Below are positions 11,003-21,106 of a stretch of 64,000 nt of DNA, piece by piece. Position 1 is the stretch's first letter, and each line of letters starts with the position of its first letter. The stretch is from contig CAYMIH010000001.1 in assembly GCA_964390585.1 (NCBI GenBank), positions 8,432-72,431 of the forward strand. Direction: 5' to 3'. The notes beneath the pieces are model-generated. The model saw only the letters and a list, made by a program, of their open reading frames with translations, made no database searches and was not told the DNA's origin. The DNA comes from an uncultured Alistipes sp. (GTDB taxonomy: Bacteria > Bacteroidota > Bacteroidia > Bacteroidales > Rikenellaceae). The position numbers and the translations under genes were made by a program.

Positions 11003-13792
11003 TCAATTACGGCTGTGTTGTTTCAGGAAACGGCCCGTGTAGCTCGCCTCGCAGAGTTTCAACTCCTCGGGCGTACCCTCGAAAACGATGTTTCCGCCCT
11101 TGTCGCCCGCCTCGGGACCGAGGTCGATGATGTGGTCGGCGCACTTTATCACATCCATGTTGTGTTCCACCACCACTATGGTGTGGCCGTTGGCGATCAA
11201 AGCGTCGAAAGCCTTCAGCAGGCGGTTTATGTCGTGGAAATGCAGGCCCGTCGTAGGCTCGTCGAATATGAACATTATCTGCCCCTGACGGTCGTCCTTC
11301 GCCAGGAACGACGCCAGCTTCACGCGCTGGCTCTCGCCGCCCGAGAGCGTCGACGACGACTGGCCCAGACGTATGTAGCCCAGACCCACGTCCTGCAACG
11401 GTTGCAGACGCTCGACTATGCGGCGGCACGTGGCGTTGTCCTTGTCCTGCCCGAAGAACTCTATCGCATCGTCGACGCTCATCTCCAGCGTCTCGTGGAT
11501 GTTCTTGCCCCGATAGCGTATCTCCAGCACTTCGTCCTTGAACCTTTTGCCGTGGCACGCCTCGCAAACCAGCTCCACGTCGGCCATGAACTGCATGCTC
11601 ACCTTTATGGTACCCTCGCCCTGACACTCCTCGCAGCGGCCGCCCGCCACGTTGAACGAGAAGCTCGCCGCCGTGAGCCCCGTATGCACGGCCTGCAGTT
11701 GGTCGGCATAGAGCTTTCTGATCTCGTCGTAGGCCTTGAGGTAGGTGACGGGGTTCGAACGCGACGATTTGCCGATTGGATTTTGGTCGACCATCTCCAC
11801 CGATTGCAGCATCTTCACGTCGCCCTCCAGACCGTCGAAATCCCCGGGTTTCTGTCCCGTGTCGGCCAGCAGACGGCGCAGGGCGGGATAGAGGATGCCT
11901 TTGGCGAGCGACGATTTACCGCTGCCGCTCACACCCGTGATGCAGGTCATCACGCCGAGCGGTATGCTGACGTCGATATTCTTCAGATTGTTTTCCCTCG
12001 CGCCGCGTATCGTTACCGCGCCGCTGCCGCTGCGCGCCAGGGTCGGCGGCTCGATGGTGCGGCGTCCCGCGAGATAGTCGGCCGTAAGGCTCTTTTTCGA
12101 TTTCAGCAGTTTCGCCGTGGGACCGCAGAATATTATCTCGCCGCCGTGTTCGCCCGCTTTGGGGCCAACGTCGACTATGTAGTCGGCGGCGCGTATCACC
12201 TCCTCCTCGTGCTCGACCACTATCACCGTATTGCCCAGATCGCGCAACTGTTTGAGGACCTTTATCAGTCGGTGGGTGTCGCGCGGATGCAGACCTATGC
12301 TCGGTTCGTCGAGTATGTAGAGCGACCCGACAAGACTGCTGCCCAGCGACGTGGCGAGGTTTATGCGCTGGCTCTCGCCGCCCGAGAGCGTCGACGACAG
12401 GCGGTCGAGCGTAAGATAGCCCAGCCCCACGTCCGAGAGGTAACCCAGACGGTTCTTCAGCTCCACGAGTATGCGTTGCGCCGTGCGGGCGTCATGCTCG
12501 TCGAGCTGCAAGGTGTCGAAGAATGCGACCAGTTCATCCACCGTCATTCCGACCAGCTCGGCTATGTTGCGGCCGCCGACCTTGACGTAGAGCGCCTCCT
12601 TGCGCAGGCGCGTGCCGCCGCACTCGGGGCAGCGCGTCTTGCCAGTGTAGCGGGCCTTCATCACGCGGAACTGTATCTTGCGACGCTCGCTGTCTATGTA
12701 ATCGAAAAATTCGTCCAGCCCGTGGAAATATTCGTTTCCGCGCCACAGCAGCAGTTTCTGTTCGGTCGTGAGGTTGTAGTAGGGTTCGTGGATCGGGAAG
12801 CCGAATTTGAAAGCGTTCTCCACCAGCTGCTCTTTCCACCACTTCATGGTGGAGCCGCGCCAGCACGCCACGGCATCGTCGTATATGGTCTTGCCCTTGT
12901 CGGGGATCACCAGATCCTCGTCTATGCCGATTATCTTGCCGTAGCCCTCGCATTTGGGACAGGCCCCTATGGGATTGTTGAAGCTGAACAGATGCTCCAT
13001 GGGCTGCTCGAACTCCATGCCGTCGGCCTCGAAACGCGCAGAGAAAAGATGCTCCTCGTCGTCGATTACCGCCAGACACACGCCGTTGCCGTAGTCGTAG
13101 GCGCGGGCCACCGAGTCGCGCAGACGCAGCATGCCTTCGTCGTCGGACACGGGGCGCAGACGATCCACCACCAGATAAATATCCTCGGGCCGTGTCTCCG
13201 CCGTCACGGTCGGCATGAACTCCTCGAAAGTCATCACCTTGCCGTCGACCCTCAGTCGCACGAACCCGTCGCCGAGCAGTTGCAACAGAACCTCTATTAT
13301 GCCCTGCCCCGCCTTGATCGGAAGCGGACATGCGAGTACGGTCTGCTTGCCTTCGCCGTGTTCCATGACGAAATCGGCCACATCGTCCACGCCGTAGCAG
13401 CGCACTTCGCGGCCCGACACGGGCGAAAAGGTGTGCCCCACGCGGGCATACAACAGTTTCAGATAGTCGTATATCTCGGTGGTCGTACCCACCGTCGAAC
13501 GCGGATTGCGGGTGTTGACCTTCTGCTCTATGGCTATGGCGGGCGCGATTCCCGATATGAGATCGACATCGGGTTTGTTTATGCGCCCCAGAAACTGACG
13601 TGCGTATGCCGAAAGGCTCTCCACGTAGCGGCGCTGGCCCTCGGCGAAAATGGTGTCGAAAGCGAGCGTCGATTTGCCCGATCCCGACAGACCCGTTATC
13701 ACGGTAAGCGTGTTGTGCGGAATCGTCACGTCCACGTTTTTCAAGTTGTGGACGCGCGCCCCCTTTATATATATCGTCTTGTCGTTTGTCAT
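11003..13792 (-). CDS. uvrA: Excinuclease ABC subunit UvrA
   Basis: 'KGARVHNLKN', two ABC cassettes (LSGGESQR twice), CxxC zinc fingers; start at ATG 13792. Confidence 0.95.
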   Translation of the reverse strand: MTNDKTIYIKGARVHNLKNVDVTIPHNTLTVITGLSGSGKSTLAFDTIFAEGQRRYVESLSAYARQFLGRINKPDVDLISGIAPAIAIEQKVNTRNPRSTVGTTTEIYDYLKLLYARVGHTFSPVSGREVRCYGVDDVADFVMEHGEGKQTVLACPLPIKAGQGIIEVLLQLLGDGFVRLRVDGKVMTFEEFMPTVTAETRPEDIYLVVDRLRPVSDDEGMLRLRDSVARAYDYGNGVCLAVIDDEEHLFSARFEADGMEFEQPMEHLFSFNNPIGACPKCEGYGKIIGIDEDLVIPDKGKTIYDDAVACWRGSTMKWWKEQLVENAFKFGFPIHEPYYNLTTEQKLLLWRGNEYFHGLDEFFDYIDSERRKIQFRVMKARYTGKTRCPECGGTRLRKEALYVKVGGRNIAELVGMTVDELVAFFDTLQLDEHDARTAQRILVELKNRLGYLSDVGLGYLTLDRLSSTLSGGESQRINLATSLGSSLVGSLYILDEPSIGLHPRDTHRLIKVLKQLRDLGNTVIVVEHEEEVIRAADYIVDVGPKAGEHGGEIIFCGPTAKLLKSKKSLTADYLAGRRTIEPPTLARSGSGAVTIRGARENNLKNIDVSIPLGVMTCITGVSGSGKSSLAKGILYPALRRLLADTGQKPGDFDGLEGDVKMLQSVEMVDQNPIGKSSRSNPVTYLKAYDEIRKLYADQLQAVHTGLTAASFSFNVAGGRCEECQGEGTIKVSMQFMADVELVCEACHGKRFKDEVLEIRYRGKNIHETLEMSVDDAIEFFGQDKDNATCRRIVERLQPLQDVGLGYIRLGQSSSTLSGGESQRVKLASFLAKDDRQGQIMFIFDEPTTGLHFHDINRLLKAFDALIANGHTIVVVEHNMDVIKCADHIIDLGPEAGDKGGNIVFEGTPEELKLCEASYTGRFLKQHSRN

Positions 13793-13797
13793 CGCAT

Positions 13798-14406
13798 TCA
13801 AATTACCTCTACGGAGGCCCCCTCCACCTTGCCCAGTCGGCCCAGAACGGCGTCGGCGCGGCTGTTGCGCACGGCCAGCGTCATCACGCACAGGTTGTCG
13901 AACGTCTGCCTCTTCACCTCGGGCTGCTCCTCCTTCACTATGCGCATTATCTCGTTCATCACCACATAGGGGAACTCCACCCTGACGGTGGTGTCCACCG
14001 TGCGCTCCACTATATCGGCTGCATCTATGACGGCGGCGGCCGACTCCTTGTAGGCGGCTATCAGTCCCGGGACACCCAGCTTGGTACCGCCGAAATAGCG
14101 GACCACGACTATGAGGCAGTCCGTCACGGCGTGCGAGAGCATCTGCCCCAGAATCGGCTTGCCCGCCGTGCCCGACGGTTCGCCGTCGTCGTTGGCGCGG
14201 AAGCGTTCGCCCTCGGGCCCCAGACGCCATGCGTAGCAATGGTGCGTGGCATCGTAATAGCGCTTGCGCAGACGATCGAGGTGCGATGCGATCTCCTCCT
14301 CGCTCTCCACATGGAAAGCGTAGGCCAGAAACTTGCTGCTCCGCTCCCTGATGGCTGCCTCGGCATCCGCACCGACGGTCAGATAGCTGTCGCGCACCTG
14401 CTCCAC
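13798..14406 (-). CDS. YigZ/IMPACT family protein
   Basis: 'ATHHCYAW', 'DDGEPSGTAGKP', 'VVRYFGGTKLG..GLI.AY'; probable GTG start at 14406. Confidence 0.88.
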   Translation of the reverse strand: MEQVRDSYLTVGADAEAAIRERSSKFLAYAFHVESEEEIASHLDRLRKRYYDATHHCYAWRLGPEGERFRANDDGEPSGTAGKPILGQMLSHAVTDCLIVVVRYFGGTKLGVPGLIAAYKESAAAVIDAADIVERTVDTTVRVEFPYVVMNEIMRIVKEEQPEVKRQTFDNLCVMTLAVRNSRADAVLGRLGKVEGASVEVI

Positions 14407-14413
14407 CTTCAGT

Positions 14414-15760
14414 TTATTTGACTTTGGTGAACATTCTGTTCCAGCGAATGTTGGCGGGGAAGCTCTTTTCACTGTCGAGCGAAAGCCAGATGAACGACGC
14501 CTTGCCGACGATGTGGTCCTCGGGAACGAATCCCCAATAACGCGAGTCGGCCGAGTTGTGGCGGTTGTCGCCCATCATCCAGTAGTAGTCCATCTTGAAC
14601 GTGTAGCCGTCGCTCTCCTCGCCGTTTATGTAGATCTTACCGTCACGCACCTCCAGATCGTTGTCCTCGTACACCTCGATTATGCGTCGGTAAAGCGGCA
14701 GGTTGTCTTCCGTAAGCTCTATGCGGGCACCCTTCTGCGGAACCCACAGCGGTCCGAAGTCGTCGGCCGTCCATCCGTAGCGCACGTCGTGCGGGAAGGC
14801 CTCTTCCTCGGCGGTGTAACGCGTGACGCTCACCACGTTGTCCATCTCGCGCAGAGCCTGCGCCGACTTCTCGGTGAGCGGCATGAAGTAATGCGTGCCG
14901 CTGCCCTGCAACTCGGTTATGCCCAACTGCTCGACGGCATAAGGCGTAAGCGGCGACGATGTCCGCACGGTGTAGCAATACTGCTTCTCGGGGATAGTCT
15001 CCTGAGGCTTGCCGTTCACGAACAGTTCCGAATCGACAATGCGTACCGTGTCGCCCGGGATGGCCACGCAGCGCTTGATGTAGTTCTCGCGCTTGTCGAC
15101 GGGGCGCGTTATGATAGTGTAGTTGCGAGCCAGTTCCTCGCGGCCGCGCTCGGGACCGTATTGGTATTCGTAATCGCGCAGGACGTCGTAATACGTAGCC
15201 GCCTGATTCTCCAGCAGCACAGTGTCGCCCGCGGGGAAATTGAACACCACCACATCGTTGCGTTCGATCTTGCGCAGCCCCTTCAGACGGTGGTAGGGCC
15301 ACTTCACGGCCTCGCAGAACGATTTCTTGGTCTGCGAGAAAGGCATCGTATGGTGTACGAACGGGAACGACAGCGGCGTGTTGGGCATCTGCGGGCCGTA
15401 GGTCACCTTGCTCACATAGAGATAGTCGCCGACCAGCAGCGTCTTCTCCATCGACGACGAGGGTATGACGTACATCTGGAACAGGAACAGATGGATGATC
15501 GACGCCACCACGGTGGCGAACACTATGGCGTTCACCCACTCGTAGACGCTGCGGTAGAACGGGCTTTTCTCGCACAGACGCGCATTCTTGCTCCATACGT
15601 AGCGGTAGAACAGGCGCGAGATGTAGAGGTCGTAGATAAAGATCACGCCAAGGAGCATCCACCAATTGCCCGTCCACACGACGAACCACAATACGTAGAG
15701 AATGGTCGCCAGCGCGAATCCCACCCATTTGTTGCCGAAGAAATCCTTTATTTTTTTCAT
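14414..15760 (-). CDS. lepB: Signal peptidase I
   Basis: 'IPSSSMEKTLLVGD', 'YIKRC', 'MMGDNRHNSADSRYWG'. Confidence 0.93.
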   Translation of the reverse strand: MKKIKDFFGNKWVGFALATILYVLWFVVWTGNWWMLLGVIFIYDLYISRLFYRYVWSKNARLCEKSPFYRSVYEWVNAIVFATVVASIIHLFLFQMYVIPSSSMEKTLLVGDYLYVSKVTYGPQMPNTPLSFPFVHHTMPFSQTKKSFCEAVKWPYHRLKGLRKIERNDVVVFNFPAGDTVLLENQAATYYDVLRDYEYQYGPERGREELARNYTIITRPVDKRENYIKRCVAIPGDTVRIVDSELFVNGKPQETIPEKQYCYTVRTSSPLTPYAVEQLGITELQGSGTHYFMPLTEKSAQALREMDNVVSVTRYTAEEEAFPHDVRYGWTADDFGPLWVPQKGARIELTEDNLPLYRRIIEVYEDNDLEVRDGKIYINGEESDGYTFKMDYYWMMGDNRHNSADSRYWGFVPEDHIVGKASFIWLSLDSEKSFPANIRWNRMFTKVK

Positions 15761-15863
15761 TGCAATGTTTTTTATTCGGTACGAGGTACATGCGGGCGAT
15801 CCGCCGCACCGCGAATATAACGTTTCGCAACCCCGCGACAGTGTGTCGCGGAGGCATTCGGTG

Positions 15864-16574
15864 TCAAATCAGATCGTCCATAGTGTAGACGCCGCTCTTG
15901 CCGCACAGAAATTCGGCCGCCACGACGGCTCCCAGCGCCAGCGTGCGACGGTTCTTTATCGAATGGCGTATCTCCAGCACATCGTCCTCCGAAGTGTAGG
16001 TCACCGAGTGGTCGCCCGGGGTCATGCCCACACGGTAGGAGCGGATGCCGATAAGCGCGGGATCGTCGGTCGGTTCGTTCACCCACCCGCTCTTGCGGTC
16101 CATGCGCGCGATTATGTCGTCGGCCAAGGTCGCGGCCGTGCCGCTCGGCGAATCCTTCTTCTCGGTGTGGTGCGTCTCCTCGATGCTCACCTCGTACTGC
16201 GGAAAACGGTTCATCAGCCGAGCCAGCTCGCGATTGAGGCGGAACATTAGGTTCACGCCCAGCGAATAGTTCGAGGCGTAGAACATCGCGCCGCCGCGCT
16301 CGCGGCACAGCTCCTGCAACTCGGGCAGCCGCTCGGTCCATCCCGTGGTGCCGCTCACCACTGCCGCGCCGCACTCCAGACATTTGCGGATATTGCCGTA
16401 TGCCGTCGAGGGCGTGGTAAACTCTATGGCCACATCGGCGCGGGCCAGATTCTCAGCCGTGAGCTCCGCGGCGTTGTCCTGATCCACGATGAGCGTCACC
16501 TCGTGGCCGCGTTCGGCGAGTATGCGCTCTATTTCGCGGCCCATCTTGCCGTAGCCTATTATAATAGCTTTCAT
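15864..16574 (-). CDS. dapB: 4-hydroxy-tetrahydrodipicolinate reductase
   Basis: 'GYGKMG', 'VSGTTG', 'ETHHTEKKDSPSGTA'. Confidence 0.93.
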   Translation of the reverse strand: MKAIIIGYGKMGREIERILAERGHEVTLIVDQDNAAELTAENLARADVAIEFTTPSTAYGNIRKCLECGAAVVSGTTGWTERLPELQELCRERGGAMFYASNYSLGVNLMFRLNRELARLMNRFPQYEVSIEETHHTEKKDSPSGTAATLADDIIARMDRKSGWVNEPTDDPALIGIRSYRVGMTPGDHSVTYTSEDDVLEIRHSIKNRRTLALGAVVAAEFLCGKSGVYTMDDLI

Positions 16575-16606
16575 AATTTCGAAAAATCGTGTTTTTACGG
16601 ATCATG

Positions 16607-16695
16607 CAAAGATAGTGATTTTATTGTTTATCGAACAAGATAAACCGCGTCGTCGGCATACGTTATACGATTTTCGCGAAAATTAATTACTTTTG
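16607..16695. promoter_or_regulatory. Divergent promoters (dapB operon and beta-helix gene)
   Basis: TATCTTTG on minus at 16607-16614; TACTTTTG on plus at 16688-16695. Confidence 0.6.
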
Positions 16696-16723
16696 TATCG
16701 ATTTGCACAATACATCACCGAAA

Positions 16724-17779
16724 ATGAAACGACTTTTTATCGCCATTACCGCCATAGCGACTGCCGTTACGAGTTTCGCGCAAATTCCGCCTGCGGAAAA
16801 GGGGTATGTGATTGTAACCGATTACATCGGTGCCGACGGTGCGGGCGACGTCAGCGATGCCATACAGAAGATCATCGACGACAATCCCAACCGCACGATA
16901 TATTTCCCTGACGGAACCTACCTTATCTCGAAACCGGTGGCGACGCCCGCCGATCCCCGCAAAAGCGTGGCACTGGAGCTCTCCAACTACGCTGTAATCA
17001 AGGCCGCACCCGATTGGACGCACACCGAGGCGATGATACGTCTGGGTGGCAAGGATGCCGCCAACAACATCGAGATCGCGGGCAGCAACTACCATTTCGA
17101 GGGAGGCATAATCGACGGCAGCGGCGTCGCGAAAGGAATATCGATCGACAGCGGCCGCGAGACCGTGATCCGCAACACCTCGATCAAGAACGTCGCGCTC
17201 GGCATCCACGTCAAGCGCGGCGTGAACAGCGGCTCGTCGGACGCCGACATATTCGGCGTGAATATCGTCGGCAACAACAAGCCCGATTGCGTGGGCGTAT
17301 TGGTCGAGGGGTACGACAACACTTTCACGAACATGCGTATCGGAGGCGTACATATCGGATTCATCCTGCGTTCGGAAGCCAACTGCCTGCGCAACATCCA
17401 CCCGCTCTATTACGGCAGCGACGAGCATTACGAGAGCAGTTGCGGATTCCTCGACGAAGCGCAAAATAATTGGTACGACTTCTGTTACAGCGACGAGTTC
17501 GCCACCGCGTTCCGTATAAAAGGCGGGTGCAGCCTCTACAATAACTGCTTTGCCTTCTGGTATTCGAAACGCGGAAAGAAACATGTGGGATTCGGGTCGA
17601 CGGGCAAGTTCGAATCTTCGGTGATGAATTTCAACATGGGGCTGGACGAGCATAACAGCACCGTGGAGAACAAAATCCTCGAAGCTGCGGAGGAGGGAGG
17701 TTCGGGCACGTTCTTCAATCTCCATATCAGCGACAAACGATTCATAACCGACGACTCGCACGAAAAATATTTGAAATAA
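16724..17779 (+). CDS. Secreted right-handed beta-helix protein (pectate lyase 3/GH28-related)
   Basis: Signal peptide; N-terminal 'GADGAGDVSDAIQKIID..TIYFPDGTYLIS' beta-helix cap. Confidence 0.65.
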   Translation: MKRLFIAITAIATAVTSFAQIPPAEKGYVIVTDYIGADGAGDVSDAIQKIIDDNPNRTIYFPDGTYLISKPVATPADPRKSVALELSNYAVIKAAPDWTHTEAMIRLGGKDAANNIEIAGSNYHFEGGIIDGSGVAKGISIDSGRETVIRNTSIKNVALGIHVKRGVNSGSSDADIFGVNIVGNNKPDCVGVLVEGYDNTFTNMRIGGVHIGFILRSEANCLRNIHPLYYGSDEHYESSCGFLDEAQNNWYDFCYSDEFATAFRIKGGCSLYNNCFAFWYSKRGKKHVGFGSTGKFESSVMNFNMGLDEHNSTVENKILEAAEEGGSGTFFNLHISDKRFITDDSHEKYLK

Positions 17780-17781
17780 AT

Positions 17782-17872
17782 GGGGCCGCAGACTGCGGAG
17801 ACCGCAAACGGGCGAATGCAAGTTGCGGGCCTCCGCGGGGCGAGGCTGCGGCCCGCACGACTCTGACGAGTC
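17782..17872 (+). repeat. Dispersed palindromic element, subfamily B, copy B1
   Basis: ...GCGAATGCAAGTTGCGGGCCTCCGCGGGGCGAGGCTGCGGCCCGCACGACTCTGACGAGTC. Confidence 0.92.
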
Positions 17873-17887
17873 ATCATTCTTTATGAC

Positions 17888-18643
17888 ATGCGTTACTTCA
17901 TAGAACTTTGCTACGACGGCACGGCTTACTGCGGATGGCAGCGCCAGCCTGCGGCGCCCACGGTGCAACGGACATTGGAAAAGGCTCTGTCGACACTGCT
18001 GCGCGAAGAGGTGGAGACGGTCGGTGCGGGACGGACCGACACGGGGGTCAACGCGTCGTATTACACGGCCCACTTCGACTCGGTGCGGCCCGTGGACGAC
18101 TGCGCCAAGTTAGTATACAAGCTCAACCTCATTCTGCCGCACGACATCGCCGTTTCGTCCGTGACGGCGGTGGCCGACACGGCGCATGCCCGCTTCGATG
18201 CCGTCGAACGCGAGTATACCTATTATATATCGCAGCGCAAAAATCCTTTCCGTCGCTTCTCGGTATGGCAGTATTACGTGCCGCTCGACATGGAGAGGAT
18301 GAACCGCGCGGCCGAAGCGCTCCTGCGTCATGACGATTTCACGTCGTTTGCCAAACTCAATTCCGACAACAAGACCAACATCTGTCATGTGACCCGCGCC
18401 GAGTGGCTGCGCGATGGCAATATGCTCGTATTCACCATCCGCGCCGACCGTTTTCTTCGCAACATGATACGCGCCATAGTCGGCACTCTGGTCGACGTGG
18501 GCCGCAGCCGATACACGCCAGAGGATTTCGAGCGCATCATCGCGGCCCGCGACCTGTCGCTTTCGAGCGGCAGCGCACCTGCCCAAGGGTTGTTCCTGAG
18601 CGATGTGGTATATCCCGAAAGCGTATTCAAGCGGATAAGATGA
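17888..18643 (+). CDS. truA: tRNA pseudouridine(38-40) synthase
   Basis: 'YDGT.YCGWQ.Q', 'GAGRTDTGV', 'RFLRNMIR'. Confidence 0.95.
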   Translation: MRYFIELCYDGTAYCGWQRQPAAPTVQRTLEKALSTLLREEVETVGAGRTDTGVNASYYTAHFDSVRPVDDCAKLVYKLNLILPHDIAVSSVTAVADTAHARFDAVEREYTYYISQRKNPFRRFSVWQYYVPLDMERMNRAAEALLRHDDFTSFAKLNSDNKTNICHVTRAEWLRDGNMLVFTIRADRFLRNMIRAIVGTLVDVGRSRYTPEDFERIIAARDLSLSSGSAPAQGLFLSDVVYPESVFKRIR

Positions 18644-18646
18644 CAC

Positions 18647-18673
18647 AAAAAAACGAGGCCTGCGGGCCTCGTT
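18647..18673 (-). terminator. Terminator between truA and the hypothetical gene
   Basis: A7 plus AACGAGGCC-TGCG-GGCCTCGTT. Confidence 0.65.
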
Positions 18674-18680
18674 CACATTG

Positions 18681-19535
18681 CTACGGGCGCTGGACCCGAG
18701 TACGGGAAAAAGCCGATCCACCACCCCGCTCGTCGTAGCATTTCCATTCCAATTGATATTCGTTGTATGCGGACTTATTGATTTCGCCTGCTATAAATCC
18801 CGATGTCAAACTGCATTGCCAGCCGATTTGCGATTTAGACCCCGATCTCGACGATCTGTTGCATAATATTCCGTTGTTGTCGAATGCCGATATGAATCTG
18901 TATTTGTACTGCCATGCATATTTGCCTGTCAGCAATAATTTGCCGTCGACATATTCGTTCATCACGAACGTGGCTCCGCGCTTGTCGTTTGCGATATTTG
19001 GAGGTATGACACCGAAAAACTCGACGGGAATCGGGCGGGTGATCTTCACCGAAGTCTCCTTCTTTTCGGCATTGGCACTGTAATCGATAGCGAAAGAGGC
19101 TATATTGTCGTAAACTATACCGTCGTTGCCGACCAAAGCCTTCGACTTGTAGTCTCGGTCGCGGTAGACCCAGCTCAATTCCAACACTTCGATCGGTCCC
19201 CTTGCTATCGCGTCGTATACACGTTTCTTGAATTTTTCGCGGTCCTCGAATGTGAAAGCCCGACTGTCGCCCCACTCGACGATCGAGAATATGTCCGAAG
19301 AGTTTACGACAGTCACGGCGGCGTCGTCGAATATCTCGTCAAGGACGGCGAGCTTCTCCTTTTCGCTGTCGACGGTGCCGAGGTGCTGATAGGCTGTGAG
19401 CGTCATCTGCTTCTCGGCGCTTACCCGCGCGGCCAAGTCCAATGCGTGATTTATCTCTTTCAGCCACTCCTGCGAATATGAGAACTGACATAGTAATATT
19501 AATGCGAAACTCGATAAAAGAGTTCGCCGTGTCAT
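18681..19535 (-). CDS. Hypothetical secreted protein (lower GC)
   Basis: ORF of about 284 aa with a signal-peptide-like N-terminus; no recognised motif; start at 19535 or 19553. Confidence 0.55.
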   Translation of the reverse strand: MTRRTLLSSFALILLCQFSYSQEWLKEINHALDLAARVSAEKQMTLTAYQHLGTVDSEKEKLAVLDEIFDDAAVTVVNSSDIFSIVEWGDSRAFTFEDREKFKKRVYDAIARGPIEVLELSWVYRDRDYKSKALVGNDGIVYDNIASFAIDYSANAEKKETSVKITRPIPVEFFGVIPPNIANDKRGATFVMNEYVDGKLLLTGKYAWQYKYRFISAFDNNGILCNRSSRSGSKSQIGWQCSLTSGFIAGEINKSAYNEYQLEWKCYDERGGGSAFSRTRVQRP

Positions 19536-19650
19536 TCGTTTCTGCGGTCTCATATTTTATAATTTTAGTGATGATTACCCCGTCATTCGCAAATATAATA
19601 TATTATCCTGCCAAAAACAATTATTTTTCGTATAAAATATCGCTTACTGC

Positions 19651-19688
19651 AAAAAAATGCGGGAGTAGCACATCGTTACCCCCGCATT
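19651..19688 (-). terminator. Terminator after lpdA
   Basis: A7 plus AATGCGGG/CCCGCATT stem. Confidence 0.65.
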
Positions 19689-19705
19689 CGGTCTTGTTGC
19701 AAATA

Positions 19706-21082
19706 CTATAAATGTATCGCAGCGCCCATTGCGGCTTCGGCGGCCTCGGGCATACCCTCGTTCATCGTGGGATGGGCGTGTATGGTGCGGGCGATGTCGT
19801 GCGCCGTGGCTCCCAACGCCATTGCGAGTGTAGGTTCGCCGAGCATCTCGGTCACGTTGGCTCCCACCAGATGCGCACCTATTAATTTGTCGTCGGCCCC
19901 GAAAATCAGCTTCACGAAGCCGTCGCGGTCGCCTGCGGACGTGGCCTTGCCCGAGGCGGTGAAGGGGAAGCGCCCCACTTTGTATTCCATGCCCGCTTCG
20001 CGCGCCTTCTGTTCGGTGATGCCGACCGACGCCACCTCGGGCGAGGTGAATACGCACGACGGTATGGTCGAATAGTCGACGGGAGCAGGATCGAGTCCGC
20101 ATATATGCTCGACGCAGTGAACGGCCTCGGCCGAAGCCACGTGCGCCAAGGCAGGCGTGGCTATGATGTCGCCTATGGCGTAGACGCCCTCCAGCGAGGT
20201 CATGTAATGCTCGTCCACCTTGATCTTGTCGCGCTCGACGACGATGCCGCACTCCTCCAACCCCATGTTCTCGATGTTGGACTTGATACCCACGGCCGAA
20301 AGCACTATGTCGGCCGTAAGGGTCTCGGCGCCCTTCTTGCCCTCGATCTCGACGTCGCACTTGCCCTCGCCGTTCACCTTGACGCTCTTCACGTTGGTCG
20401 ACGTGAGCACCGTGGCGCGCATCTTTCTGAACGAACGCTCCATCTGCTTGGCTACCTCCTCGTCTTCGAGAGGCATCATCTGCGGCAGATACTCTATCAC
20501 CGTAACCTTCACGCCGAGCGAGGCATAGAGGCATGCGAACTCGCTGCCTATGGCTCCCGAGCCCACCACGATCATCGATTCGGGCAGCGCGGGCAGCGTC
20601 AGCGCCTGTTTCGACGTTATCACGTGCTCGCCGTCGACGGGCATGAACGGCATTTCGCGAGGACGCGCTCCCGTTGCGAGGATCACGGCATCGGCCTCGT
20701 ATGCGGTGCCGTCCACATCCACCATGCCCCGCCCCGTCACGCGGCCGAATCCGTTGATTACGTCGATGTTGTTCTTCTTCATCAGAAAGGCCACGCCCTT
20801 GCTCATGGTGTCGGCCACCGTGCGCGAACGGGCCACGATCTTGGCGAAGTCGGGCTTCGCCTCACCCGCGATCTCGACGCCGTAGAGAGCGGCGTTCTTG
20901 CAGTAATTGTACACCTGAGCGCTCTTCAGCAGCGCCTTGGTGGGGATGCACCCCCAGTTGAGGCATACGCCGCCCAACTCCGATTTCTCGACCACGGCTA
21001 CGCGCTTGCCCAGCTGCGAGGCGCGGATGGCGGCCACGTAGCCGCCCGGGCCGCTTCCGATGACGATTATGTCGTATTTCAT
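19706..21082 (-). CDS. lpdA: Dihydrolipoyl dehydrogenase
   Basis: 'GSGPGGY', redox 'GGVCLNWGCIPTK', C-terminal 'HAHPT'. Confidence 0.95.
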   Translation of the reverse strand: MKYDIIVIGSGPGGYVAAIRASQLGKRVAVVEKSELGGVCLNWGCIPTKALLKSAQVYNYCKNAALYGVEIAGEAKPDFAKIVARSRTVADTMSKGVAFLMKKNNIDVINGFGRVTGRGMVDVDGTAYEADAVILATGARPREMPFMPVDGEHVITSKQALTLPALPESMIVVGSGAIGSEFACLYASLGVKVTVIEYLPQMMPLEDEEVAKQMERSFRKMRATVLTSTNVKSVKVNGEGKCDVEIEGKKGAETLTADIVLSAVGIKSNIENMGLEECGIVVERDKIKVDEHYMTSLEGVYAIGDIIATPALAHVASAEAVHCVEHICGLDPAPVDYSTIPSCVFTSPEVASVGITEQKAREAGMEYKVGRFPFTASGKATSAGDRDGFVKLIFGADDKLIGAHLVGANVTEMLGEPTLAMALGATAHDIARTIHAHPTMNEGMPEAAEAAMGAAIHL

Positions 21083-21106
21083 ATTTTTATTTATGTTTTA
21101 TGTTCA

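Noticed and set aside
11015-13969. 984-aa ORF antisense to uvrA, and similar shadow ORFs (e.g. 3940-5559, 7203-8471)
   Set aside because: Typical stop-free antisense frames caused by high GC3 codon bias; no protein motifs.
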